A DNA stretch of 64,000 nucleotides from positions 13,300 through 77,299 of the forward strand of contig JAQBUT010000013.1 in the NCBI GenBank assembly GCA_027623195.1, in the 5' to 3' direction. Position 1 is the stretch's first letter. Every line of letters starts with the position of its first letter. Of this stretch, positions 46,921-55,508 are shown one piece after another. Position numbers and translations under genes: made by a program. The notes under the pieces were generated by a model. The model did not search any database. It was not told the DNA's origin and was given only the letters and a program-made list of their open reading frames with translations. The stretch comes from Chloroflexota bacterium. GTDB lineage: Bacteria > Chloroflexota > Dehalococcoidia > Lucifugimonadales > JADFKI01.

Positions 46921-47143
46921 GCTCCTTCAAATGTGCAGGTTTGGGCTCTATAAGTTACAAGGCCAATTATTGCAGTGGAGAACATGTTTGCCAATAGCAG
47001 AGAAGCTTGAACAAAGTGTCAAAGCCTTCTTTCGGCTCTACACCGCCGCAAACTGGATTTGTAACCCTATCCACGCCCTGCCACTTTAGTGACTGGATGT
47101 TTCGCCAGGTACTCCTATTGAAAGAAATTCCGTTGCATACCGC

Positions 47144-47416
47144 ATGGCGGAAGTGTATCCTTCTTACGCTATGGATATTGCACGTTTCGCAGACACCCCG
47201 TTTTCCTGGGCAATCGTCGGTTTCATCATCGGCATTGCTCTTGGCGTCAACGCCATATCGGTGATATTGCTGGCCATCGGCCTGGGACTCTTCCTTCTTT
47301 ACCTGCGCCTGCACGGCCCCGCCGAACAATCGACCGAGGGCCGATTATTCGCTGCAGGTCCCGTCTTCATTGTCAGTTGGATCGTGGGCTTCGTGGTGCA
47401 CGGCCTGGCCTTCTAA
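47144..47416 (+). CDS. Small membrane protein translationally coupled to lutA
   Basis: 90 aa with 3 hydrophobic helices. Its stop overlaps the lutA start (TAATG at 47414-47418). Confidence 0.5.
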   Translation: MAEVYPSYAMDIARFADTPFSWAIVGFIIGIALGVNAISVILLAIGLGLFLLYLRLHGPAEQSTEGRLFAAGPVFIVSWIVGFVVHGLAF

Positions 47417-48213
47417 TGACTCAAAGCAAGCCACCAGTACAGGCCTCGCTTTTCGTCACCTGCATCATAGACCAGTTCTACCCTGATGTCGGCGAGAGCA
47501 TGGTGCGGGTGCTGGAACGGCTGGGCGTGAAGTTGGACTTTCCTCAGGCCCAGACCTGCTGCGGGCAGCCAGCCTATAACGCCGGTTTCTGGAGCGACGC
47601 AAAGCCTCTTGCCAGAAGGGTGTTGGACCAGTTTCAGCATTCCGAATACGTGGTGGTGCCATCCGGCTCCTGCGCCAGCATGATACGCGTCTTTTACCCC
47701 GAACTCTTCCACGAAGAACCAGAGTCTTTACAGAAGGCCACGTCACTGGCCAAACGTACTTTCGAACTCTCCGAATTCATCGTAGACGTTCTGGGAGTGA
47801 CAGACCTTCGGCACCTCTCAGGGGATGTCGCCGCGTCGGAAAGCAAAAAAATCACCTATCACGAGGCCTGTCACCTGCGTCGGGAACTGGGCGCGACAAC
47901 CCAGTCGAGGGCGCTGATTCGTTCGTTGCCGGGCATCGAGCTGGTGGAGATGGATCAGGCCGAGGTGTGCTGCGGCTTTGGCGGCACCTTCTCCGTCAAG
48001 TATCCAGATATATCCGGCGCCATGCTGCAGGACAAGTTGGACCGAATCAAGGCCACGGGGGCGTCGTCCGTTGTCGCCTGCGATTGCAGTTGCCTTATGC
48101 AAATCGGGGGAGGGCTGGAAAAGGGCGGCTCCAATGTTCGCTCGGTGCACCTGGCTGAGCTGCTGGATGACGCCATAGGAAAGACAGTTCGTCCCGACAG
48201 CAGATTGGGTTAG
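47416..48213 (+). CDS. lutA: Lactate utilization protein A (CCG-domain Fe-S oxidoreductase)
   Basis: The start is set at MTQSKPPVQASLFVTC. It has two cysteine-rich CCG motifs (QTCCGQP, VCCGFGG). Confidence 0.9.
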   Translation: MTQSKPPVQASLFVTCIIDQFYPDVGESMVRVLERLGVKLDFPQAQTCCGQPAYNAGFWSDAKPLARRVLDQFQHSEYVVVPSGSCASMIRVFYPELFHEEPESLQKATSLAKRTFELSEFIVDVLGVTDLRHLSGDVAASESKKITYHEACHLRRELGATTQSRALIRSLPGIELVEMDQAEVCCGFGGTFSVKYPDISGAMLQDKLDRIKATGASSVVACDCSCLMQIGGGLEKGGSNVRSVHLAELLDDAIGKTVRPDSRLG

Positions 48214-48223
48214 GGGAATCTAA

Positions 48224-49639
48224 ATGCAACCTCGCATAAAGCAGTTCCCTCAACTCGCCGCCGCCGCTCTTAAGGACGAGCAGATTCAGAACAATCTGCT
48301 AGGTCTTTACAACGGTTTCCACCAGGCCCGCATCGCCGCATCCGAGGCCACGCCCAACTGGGATGAACTCAGCGATCGCGGGCGCGCAATAAAGGCCCAC
48401 ACAATCGACAACCTGGACTACTACCTTGAGATGGTGGAACGTACCGTAACGGCTGCCGGAGGCAAGGTTTTCTTCGCCAAGGACTCCGACGAGGCTACCC
48501 AGTACGTGATAGAGGTTGCAAAGGCCAGGGGCGTTAAGCTCGCAATCAAGGGGAAGTCCATGGTCTCGGAAGAGATGGGCCTCAACCATAGATTGGAAGA
48601 AGCAGGCATAGAGCCGGTCGAAACTGACCTGGGTGAGTACATCATCCAGTTGGCCGACGAGACGCCGTTCCACATCATTGCTCCCGCCATACACAAGTCC
48701 AAAGAACAGGTTTCGGACCTGTTTCAGGAAAAGCTGGGTACTCCGCCCATGACGGAGATTTCAGACCTAGCCGCTGAGGCCCGTCGTCAGCTTCGTAAGA
48801 AGTTTATCGAAGCGGATATGGGTATAACGGGAGCAAATTTTGTGGTGGCCGAGACGGGTACAGTGGCGCTGGTGACCAACGAGGGCAACGGGCGTATGTC
48901 TACATCCATGCCCAAGCTGCATATCGCCATTACAGGCATGGAGAAGGTACTTCCCTCGATAGAAGACCTGGGTATTATGCTCAGGCTGCTGATAAGGTCT
49001 GCCACCGGCCAGCGCATATCCAGCTACGTCACGACGGTTACTGGCCCGCGCAAGTCGGATGACGAGGACGGGCCCGAGGAGTTTCACCTGGTGCTGGTGG
49101 ACAACGGAAGGTCGAAACTGCTTGCCGACCCTGCGCTCAGGGAGTCGCTATACTGCATTCGATGCGGTGCATGCCTCAACGCGTGCCCTGTGTACCGCAA
49201 GGTTGGAGGCCACGCTTATGGCTGGGTATATCCTGGACCGATAGGCGCTATCGTTTCGCCCATGCTAACAGGACTTTCGGACGGCAAAGACCTGCCATAC
49301 GCGTCTAGTCTTTGCGGCGCATGCAAAGAGGCCTGTCCCGTCAAGATCAACATACCTCGTATGCTGCTTTACATGCGGCACCAACTCGCTGAAGGCGACA
49401 ACTACCCAGAGCATAAGACGGCTCCATTAGGCGAGGCCATCACATTTAAGCTCTGGAGACTTTCTCTTTCCAACAGCCTTAGTCTTAAGATATTCAGCGG
49501 ACTAGCGAGGCTGTTGCAGAAACCCTTCGCCAAGGACGGGCGCATTAACAAATTGCCGCCGCCGTTATCCGCCTGGACCAATCTGAGGACATTCCCTGCG
49601 CTGGCGTCACGGCCTTTCCGCAAACGCTGGAAAAGCTAA
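48224..49639 (+). CDS. lutB: Lactate utilization protein B (4Fe-4S, LUD domain)
   Basis: 471 aa with the ferredoxin motifs CIRCGACLNACPVY and CGACKEACPV. Confidence 0.92.
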   Translation: MQPRIKQFPQLAAAALKDEQIQNNLLGLYNGFHQARIAASEATPNWDELSDRGRAIKAHTIDNLDYYLEMVERTVTAAGGKVFFAKDSDEATQYVIEVAKARGVKLAIKGKSMVSEEMGLNHRLEEAGIEPVETDLGEYIIQLADETPFHIIAPAIHKSKEQVSDLFQEKLGTPPMTEISDLAAEARRQLRKKFIEADMGITGANFVVAETGTVALVTNEGNGRMSTSMPKLHIAITGMEKVLPSIEDLGIMLRLLIRSATGQRISSYVTTVTGPRKSDDEDGPEEFHLVLVDNGRSKLLADPALRESLYCIRCGACLNACPVYRKVGGHAYGWVYPGPIGAIVSPMLTGLSDGKDLPYASSLCGACKEACPVKINIPRMLLYMRHQLAEGDNYPEHKTAPLGEAITFKLWRLSLSNSLSLKIFSGLARLLQKPFAKDGRINKLPPPLSAWTNLRTFPALASRPFRKRWKS

Positions 49640-49642
49640 GCC

Positions 49643-50380
49643 ATGGACAGCAAGGAATTCATAGCCAACGTGCGCCGCTCTCTTGGCCGCGAGGAGGGTA
49701 GTCAGGTTACGCCGTCTGAGGCGACTCACATGTCGCTTAGCAGTCAGCAGGTGGAGTCTTGGGCCCAAGCCATAACGCGTGGAATTGAAGCCCACGCCGA
49801 TGAGTACATGGGGCAGCTTGAGAAGACTGCGGTTGAGGCCGGCTGGCGTGTGGCCAGATGTGCCACGGCTGCGCAGGCAGCGAGCCACATTCGCAATATC
49901 GTCAGGGATGTGGAGGCGACCTCGGTTTTGCACTCTGCCCACCCCGCCCTGGAGGCACTGCATCTGGGGGAGACGTTGATTGGGACTGGGGCAAATCTAG
50001 AAGCTATGGTCCTCAATGATACTTCTGACAGGGAAGTTCAGCGCGATGCCTTGCGTCAAAAAGCCATCAACGCGGACATTGGAATTACGGGAGTTGACTA
50101 CGCCATAGCCGAGACCGGGACTGCCGTTCTCCTTGCGCGAAAGGGCGTAAGCAGGGTTGTGTCGCTACTGCCTCCGGTGCACATCGCCGTGGTGGAGAAG
50201 GGCCAGGTGCTCCCTAGCCTGGACGAGCTGTTCACTCTGCGGCGCAAGGAATTCTTGCACAACAATCTGGGCAGCTACATGAACCTCATTAGCGGGCCAA
50301 GCCGCTCCGCCGATATCGAATACCAGCTTGTTACAGGCGTGCACGGTCCAGGCGAGGTACACATGGTGCTTATCGGCTAG
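49643..50380 (+). CDS. lutC: Lactate utilization protein C (LUD domain)
   Basis: 245 aa. GITGVDYAIAETGT and GPSRSADIE are LUD-domain features. The gene lies immediately after lutB. Confidence 0.85.
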   Translation: MDSKEFIANVRRSLGREEGSQVTPSEATHMSLSSQQVESWAQAITRGIEAHADEYMGQLEKTAVEAGWRVARCATAAQAASHIRNIVRDVEATSVLHSAHPALEALHLGETLIGTGANLEAMVLNDTSDREVQRDALRQKAINADIGITGVDYAIAETGTAVLLARKGVSRVVSLLPPVHIAVVEKGQVLPSLDELFTLRRKEFLHNNLGSYMNLISGPSRSADIEYQLVTGVHGPGEVHMVLIG

Positions 50381-50387
50381 TAAGCCG

Positions 50388-51563
50388 TCAGACTCCGAAA
50401 ACCCTGACGCCTACCTGCATAAGCCGCAAGGCCTCCTCCACTGCCGTAGCCAGCAGTTCGGCCGCCCCCTCCGACGCCTCGTCCAACGTCATAGGCGATG
50501 TGACGATGGATGTCACCGCGTCTATGGCGTGCTCGTGCACGTCGCGGAACCCGCCCCCCAACGAACCGGCAATTGCAATGACAGGTATGCCCAGTTTGCT
50601 GGCTCGACCCGCTACACCAACGGGAGACTTGTTGTAGATGGTGGAGTGGTCGATGGCCCCCTCCCCGGTGATAACAAGATCGCTACCTGGCAAGTAATCA
50701 TCCAGACCCACCGTGTCCAGAACGATGTCCACACCCGCCCGCAGTTCTCCTTTGGCAAATGCGATTAGTCCGCCCCCCAGTCCGCCGGCTGCGCCTGAGC
50801 CGGGCACGTTTTCGATGTCCGCTCCAATGTCTCGCTTTACGATGCGCGCGAAGTGGGCCAGTGCCGCATCAAGCTCCTCTATCATCTCAGGGGTGGCTCC
50901 CTTTTGCGGACCGTAAATTGCCGAAGCGCCCGTAGGTCCGGTAAGGGGATTGTTTACGTCGCATGCCACCAAGAACTCAGATTCGCGTACTCGGCCATCC
51001 AGCCCAGACATGTCGATGCTATGCAGGTTGGCCAGCGCCGCTCCGCCGTGGGGGAGGGGATCATCATGCTCATCGAGAAGCCTTACGCCTAACGCCTGCG
51101 CCATGCCCGCGCCGCCGTCGTTCGTGGCGCTTCCTCCGATTCCAATTATGAAACGGCGAAACCCATCGTCCAACGCCTTGCGGATGGTCTGGCCCAGTCC
51201 GTAGGTCGTCGCCGACATGGGATCGCGTTTGTCTAACGGCACCAGGGCCAGTCCGGACGTACGTGCCATTTCGATGACAGCGGTTCGGCCATCGCCCATG
51301 GCGCCCCACTCAGCCGAGCGTTGCTCCCCCAGCGGCCCCGTCACTTCGATGGACCGGATCTCACCGCCGGAGCCTTCAACCAGCGTTTCCAGGGTGCCGT
51401 CCCCGCCATCAGCGACAGGCACCATTTCGACTACGGCATCGGGAACGATTCTCAGGACGCCTTCGCGCATGGCACGAGCAACGTCCAGGGCGGAGATACT
51501 GCCTTTGAAGGCTTGGGGAGCGATGACAATTTTCATAACGCCGGACATTATAGCACCAGCCAT
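50388..51563 (-). CDS. Glycerate kinase
   Basis: KIVIAPQAFKGS.SA..VA.AM, VADGGDGT and GSATNDGG are present. The start could be Met1, Met6 or Met10 (51536), and none has a clear RBS. Confidence 0.9.
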   Translation of the reverse strand: MAGAIMSGVMKIVIAPQAFKGSISALDVARAMREGVLRIVPDAVVEMVPVADGGDGTLETLVEGSGGEIRSIEVTGPLGEQRSAEWGAMGDGRTAVIEMARTSGLALVPLDKRDPMSATTYGLGQTIRKALDDGFRRFIIGIGGSATNDGGAGMAQALGVRLLDEHDDPLPHGGAALANLHSIDMSGLDGRVRESEFLVACDVNNPLTGPTGASAIYGPQKGATPEMIEELDAALAHFARIVKRDIGADIENVPGSGAAGGLGGGLIAFAKGELRAGVDIVLDTVGLDDYLPGSDLVITGEGAIDHSTIYNKSPVGVAGRASKLGIPVIAIAGSLGGGFRDVHEHAIDAVTSIVTSPMTLDEASEGAAELLATAVEEALRLMQVGVRVFGV

Positions 51564-51931
51564 TTACTGGGCGGCGTTAACCCTCTGCCATCTGGGGGAC
51601 AGGAAAATTAAATTGCAGGCCTGAAATCAGCGTTTTGATGGAAATTCTTGCGAACGTAGGTTCCGAATTTTTTTCAGCCCGAATCGCCCCACCCAGTGTA
51701 GACAGTAGTGTGCCATTAAATTCGTGGCTCTACGGCCCATTTCAGAAGCGCTATTTTTCCACCCCTGTAGCATGCGGCTTAGAGATAAGGTTGGATGGGT
51801 CTAGTGCCATGAAGGGCAAAAAGGGCCGCGCTTGCCTTCTGGCGATAGGGTCTCGGCGTGAAAAGAGGATCTCCATGTATGACAAATGGGATTTCGAAAT
51901 AAGACCTCGCAGGCCAAGGCCTCACGGCATA

Positions 51932-51960
51932 TTGACAATATGGTCATATGTCCGTAGATT
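51932..51960 (+). promoter_or_regulatory. Near-consensus sigma70 promoter of the RHH/PIN pair
   Basis: TTGACA (51932-51937), a 17-nt spacer containing the palindrome ATATGgtCATAT, then TAGATT (51955-51960). The ATG at 51970 is only about 3 nt from the expected transcription start, so the mRNA would be near-leaderless. Confidence 0.55.
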
Positions 51961-51969
51961 AATAGTGTT

Positions 51970-52293
51970 ATGACTACTTCAAATGAACAGCCAACACGAC
52001 AAATATATGCTTCTGTGCGGGAAGACCTGTACCTGGCCGCCAAGGCCCGGGCCACCGAACTAAGGATCCCCTTGCGAAGGTTCTTGGAGGACGCCCTGGA
52101 GCTGGCGCTTGCTGGACGTGCCGGAGCGTCAGGCCCAAAGGCCTTCGAGATGCACGAGCCGACGCAGCCATCCATATGGGAAGACGAGTACGTACGAATG
52201 CAGAGTCAGCAGGCAGTCGGGTCGCCTGTGGACCTTTCGGAGGACGAGGCCAAGCAGCTGATCCGCGAGAGCTTTGGCAGGGGAGACGCGTAG
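51970..52293 (+). CDS. Putative antitoxin-like protein (RHH/CopG-like N-terminus)
   Basis: 107 aa. IYASVREDLYLAAKARATELRIPLRRFLEDALELAL fits a strand-helix-helix layout. Its stop lies 2 nt before the PIN gene start. Confidence 0.5.
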   Translation: MTTSNEQPTRQIYASVREDLYLAAKARATELRIPLRRFLEDALELALAGRAGASGPKAFEMHEPTQPSIWEDEYVRMQSQQAVGSPVDLSEDEAKQLIRESFGRGDA

Positions 52294-52295
52294 CT

Positions 52296-52685
52296 GTGGC
52301 GGATATTCTGGTCGACAATACGCTATTCGAAGACTTTCGGAAAGGTGATGGCGGCGCGAAAGGTGTGATCGACACCATTATCGATGGCGAGGTGACAGCG
52401 GCCATTTCGCCACTGACGGTTTTTCACCTGTGGAATGAGTCTGAGATGGACCGCCGCACGGAAATTGCTTATAGCAGCATACTCACCTTTATGGAAGAGG
52501 CGCCATTCACCATAGCGGCCTCCAGGCAGGCTGGCCTGTGGATCGCCTCGGCCGAAGCAGACCAACGGGGAAGACTGGTCTACTTTGCCATGCTAGCGGC
52601 CACGGCCAAAGAGCGCGGTGAGGTGATATGTACCCGTAACTCCAACCCGTACTCTAGTTTCTACAGTAACTTCACCGCATATTAG
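52296..52685 (+). CDS. PIN-domain protein (VapC-like, possibly degenerate)
   Basis: GTG 52296 follows GGGGAGA. It has the N-terminal ILVDNTLF and the C-terminal LAATAKERGEVICTRNSNPY, where the canonical sequence is IAATA...LvTrDkdF. Confidence 0.65.
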   Translation: MADILVDNTLFEDFRKGDGGAKGVIDTIIDGEVTAAISPLTVFHLWNESEMDRRTEIAYSSILTFMEEAPFTIAASRQAGLWIASAEADQRGRLVYFAMLAATAKERGEVICTRNSNPYSSFYSNFTAY

Positions 52686-52852
52686 GGCCCCACATAGAAT
52701 GATCTGCCGATACGACGTATTACAGTTATTCTGCATAATCTAACCAAAACGCAAAAAACTCGTATTTAGCACCGATTTGCCATTTACCGCGCAGCCCAGT
52801 ACCATCGCATCTCAACCCGCCTCGTTTTGAGAACTGCATATCAGGTGCAAAC

Positions 52853-54229
52853 ATGCGACGCAAATTGGCGCTGCTTCTTGTAACACTGGGCTTCGGCGGA
52901 TTCCTCGCCATTTATAACCTCACGCCTGTTGCAGGCTCTGACCACACGGCAGCCGTCATTACTTTGGACGGTGCCATAGATACCATATCGGCCGACTTCC
53001 TAGCCCGGGCCATCACCTCTGCTTTCAAAGGCGGCCACAGCTTTCTAATAGTTAGCCTGGACACGCCGGGAGGCACCTTGGAGTCTACAAGGGACATTGT
53101 CGAGGGCCTGTTGGCGTCGCCAATTCCAGTGGTGGTGTACGTTTCCCCGCCAGGAGCGCAGGCGGCTTCCGCCGGGACATTCGTGACATCCGCCGGTCAT
53201 GTGGCCGCCATGGCCCCGGCCACCAATATTGGCGCGGCCTCCCCTGTGGCGGCAGGTGGAGCGGACTTGCCCGAAACGATAAAAGACAAGGTAACTGGGG
53301 ACACGGCGGCCCTATTACGCGGCATTGCCCGAGAGCGAGGTCGCAACGCAAAGGCCCTGGAGGAGACCGTGCTCAGCGCGGCGTCATATACGGCCGCTGA
53401 AGCCCTGGAGAGCGGTGTGGTGGATATCATGGCGCAGGACCTGGACGATTTACTGGCTCAGTTAGATGGCATGACCGTGCAATTAAAATCAGGCCCCGTC
53501 ACATTGCGAACCGACGGCGTGCGGCTCGTGACCATCACGAGAACGCCCGTGGAGCGGTTCCTGGGCATGATTGCCAATCCTGACATTGCATTCTTGCTAC
53601 TGTCTATTGGTGGAATGGGTATTCTCATAGAACTCCTTAGTCCCGGTCTGATGGGCCCAGGTATCGTTGGGCTCATCGCCCTGGCTTTGGCCTTCGCGGT
53701 CCTGGGCAATATGCCGGTTAACTGGGTTGGCGTTGGCCTTATACTACTGGCCATGTCCCTGTTTTATCTGGAGGCGCAGGCTCCGGGAATTGGAGTATTC
53801 GGTATTGGGGGAGCCGTAAGCTTCATATTAGGGGCGTTCCTTCTGTTTGGAAACCTGAGCTTTGGCCCAACCGCCCCCCAGCTTCCGGCTGCCCCTAGGG
53901 TCGAGATAAGCCTGTGGGCTCTGGGCACAGTAACCGTGCTGCTGCTCACTTCCGCATTTCTAACGGGCAGGGCGATGCTTCAAGCGAAAACAGCCGTCGT
54001 CTACGCAGGCGCAACAACTTCTGGAAATTTGGTGGGTCAGATTGGCCATGCAACATCTGACCTACACCCCCGTGGCACCGCGTACGTGGGGGGTGAGGAG
54101 TGGACCGCCGAGTCCGATGATGGCGAACCTATACAAAACGGTAAAGAGGTACTGGTGCTAGGCGTAGAGGGCCTTGTGCTAAAGGTTTTCCAGGCCGACA
54201 AAGATACATCATTAGGAGAGAAGATATGA
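52853..54229 (+). CDS. NfeD-family membrane-bound ClpP-class serine protease
   Basis: 458 aa. After a signal/TM segment comes a ClpP-like domain (LDTPGG, AASAGTF), then multiple TM helices and a C-terminal NfeD beta-barrel (GTAYVGGEEWTAES). Confidence 0.85.
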   Translation: MRRKLALLLVTLGFGGFLAIYNLTPVAGSDHTAAVITLDGAIDTISADFLARAITSAFKGGHSFLIVSLDTPGGTLESTRDIVEGLLASPIPVVVYVSPPGAQAASAGTFVTSAGHVAAMAPATNIGAASPVAAGGADLPETIKDKVTGDTAALLRGIARERGRNAKALEETVLSAASYTAAEALESGVVDIMAQDLDDLLAQLDGMTVQLKSGPVTLRTDGVRLVTITRTPVERFLGMIANPDIAFLLLSIGGMGILIELLSPGLMGPGIVGLIALALAFAVLGNMPVNWVGVGLILLAMSLFYLEAQAPGIGVFGIGGAVSFILGAFLLFGNLSFGPTAPQLPAAPRVEISLWALGTVTVLLLTSAFLTGRAMLQAKTAVVYAGATTSGNLVGQIGHATSDLHPRGTAYVGGEEWTAESDDGEPIQNGKEVLVLGVEGLVLKVFQADKDTSLGEKI

Positions 54230-55074
54230 TTCCATTTTTCAAGATCGTCCAACAATATGAGTTGCTCGCCGTGTTCTGGTTGGGCAAATTTATCGGTTTG
54301 AAGCAGCCGGGATTGCATCCATTGCTTTGGCCGTTCCACACAACTCAAACCATAGACATGCGCGAGGACGTCATCGACATTCCACGCCAGACCAATATCA
54401 CCAGCGACAATGCGCCCATTGACATCGACTTCCTGGTATATCTCCGTGTGATGCAAGAGCAGGCAGAGAGGTCGGTCCTGGAGGTCGTTGACTACCGCGC
54501 CGCTGTGGTGGGCATCGCGACGACGACCCTACGCGCTGTCATCGGCGAGATGCCCCTGGACGACGTGCTGTCCCAGCGGGAGCGCATAAACGAGGAGTTG
54601 CGCCAGAAGCTAGACGAGATTACGGAACGCTGGCGAATCAAGGTTACCCAGGTAGAGATCCGGGAGATCGAGCCGGCCAGAGACATTCAGGAGGCCATGA
54701 ACAGGCAGATGGCCGCCGAGCGCCTTCGACGCGCTACCGTGATAGAGGCGGAGGGCGCCAGGGAGGCCTCGATCACGAGGGCAGAGGGAGAGAGGCAGGC
54801 GGCGATATTGACGGCCGAGGGAGCTCGACAGAGCGAAATTCTGAAGGCCGAGGGAGACCAGCAGGCCTCTGTACTGCGGGCGGAGGGCTTCAGCCTAGCC
54901 CTAGACCGCATATACAGCGTGGCGCAGAACATCGACGCGAATACGCTAAGCCTGCAGTACTTCGAGACCCTTCAGAAGCTAGGGGAAAGCTCCTCCACCA
55001 AGTTCGTGCTCCCAATGGAGCTCACCAGTCTGCTGGCACCGTTCATGCGAATGACCGGCGGTGGCTCTGAATAA
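54226..55074 (+). CDS. SPFH/Band-7 (stomatin-like) protein
   Basis: 282 aa with an SPFH core and an A/E/R-rich coiled coil (AERLRRA.VIEAEG.REA.I..AEGERQAAIL.AEG). The start overlaps the NfeD stop (ATGA). Confidence 0.92.
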   Translation: MIPFFKIVQQYELLAVFWLGKFIGLKQPGLHPLLWPFHTTQTIDMREDVIDIPRQTNITSDNAPIDIDFLVYLRVMQEQAERSVLEVVDYRAAVVGIATTTLRAVIGEMPLDDVLSQRERINEELRQKLDEITERWRIKVTQVEIREIEPARDIQEAMNRQMAAERLRRATVIEAEGAREASITRAEGERQAAILTAEGARQSEILKAEGDQQASVLRAEGFSLALDRIYSVAQNIDANTLSLQYFETLQKLGESSSTKFVLPMELTSLLAPFMRMTGGGSE

Positions 55075-55125
55075 CATTCGAATGTAACTGTCGTGAGGGC
55101 AGGGCAATAGCAATGGATTTGGATT

Positions 55126-55156
55126 AGGGCGGTTGATAAGACCGCCCTTTTTCTTT
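55126..55156 (+). terminator. Rho-independent terminator after the SPFH gene
   Basis: AGGGCGGT-tgataag-ACCGCCCT is followed by TTTTTCTTT. Confidence 0.8.
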
Positions 55157-55508
55157 GTCTGATCGCCGGAAATTTGGACGGCTTTTTGCTCACGCTTTAC
55201 ACATTTTGAAAATAGTATAAAAGGCTAATGCTAGTTGTACAGAAAAAAGCTGTACAACGGTTAAACAAGGTCTTAAACCCCGTTCAAGAAATGACCCCAT
55301 TTTCAATAACTTGTCTAAAAACTATGTTCTAGACAACCTCTAAACAGAGTATTGGAACTCGAAAAAGAGCCATCCAAAGCTATCATTAAAAGAAAATTGG
55401 GTATTGGCCGCTACTATGTCACAGGCGCGACCTGGTAGGGCGGGCGATGAGGAATGCAGGCATCGGGGAAAACTTGGGCAAGAGAAGTGCCGATACTAGG
55501 GCTGAGGA

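Noticed and set aside
51635-51973. 112-aa plus-strand ORF upstream of the RHH/PIN pair
   Set aside because: It has no RBS and its composition is not protein-like. It would also run through the strong promoter predicted at 51932-51960. I treat the region as non-coding, holding the divergent promoters for glycerate kinase and the TA pair.
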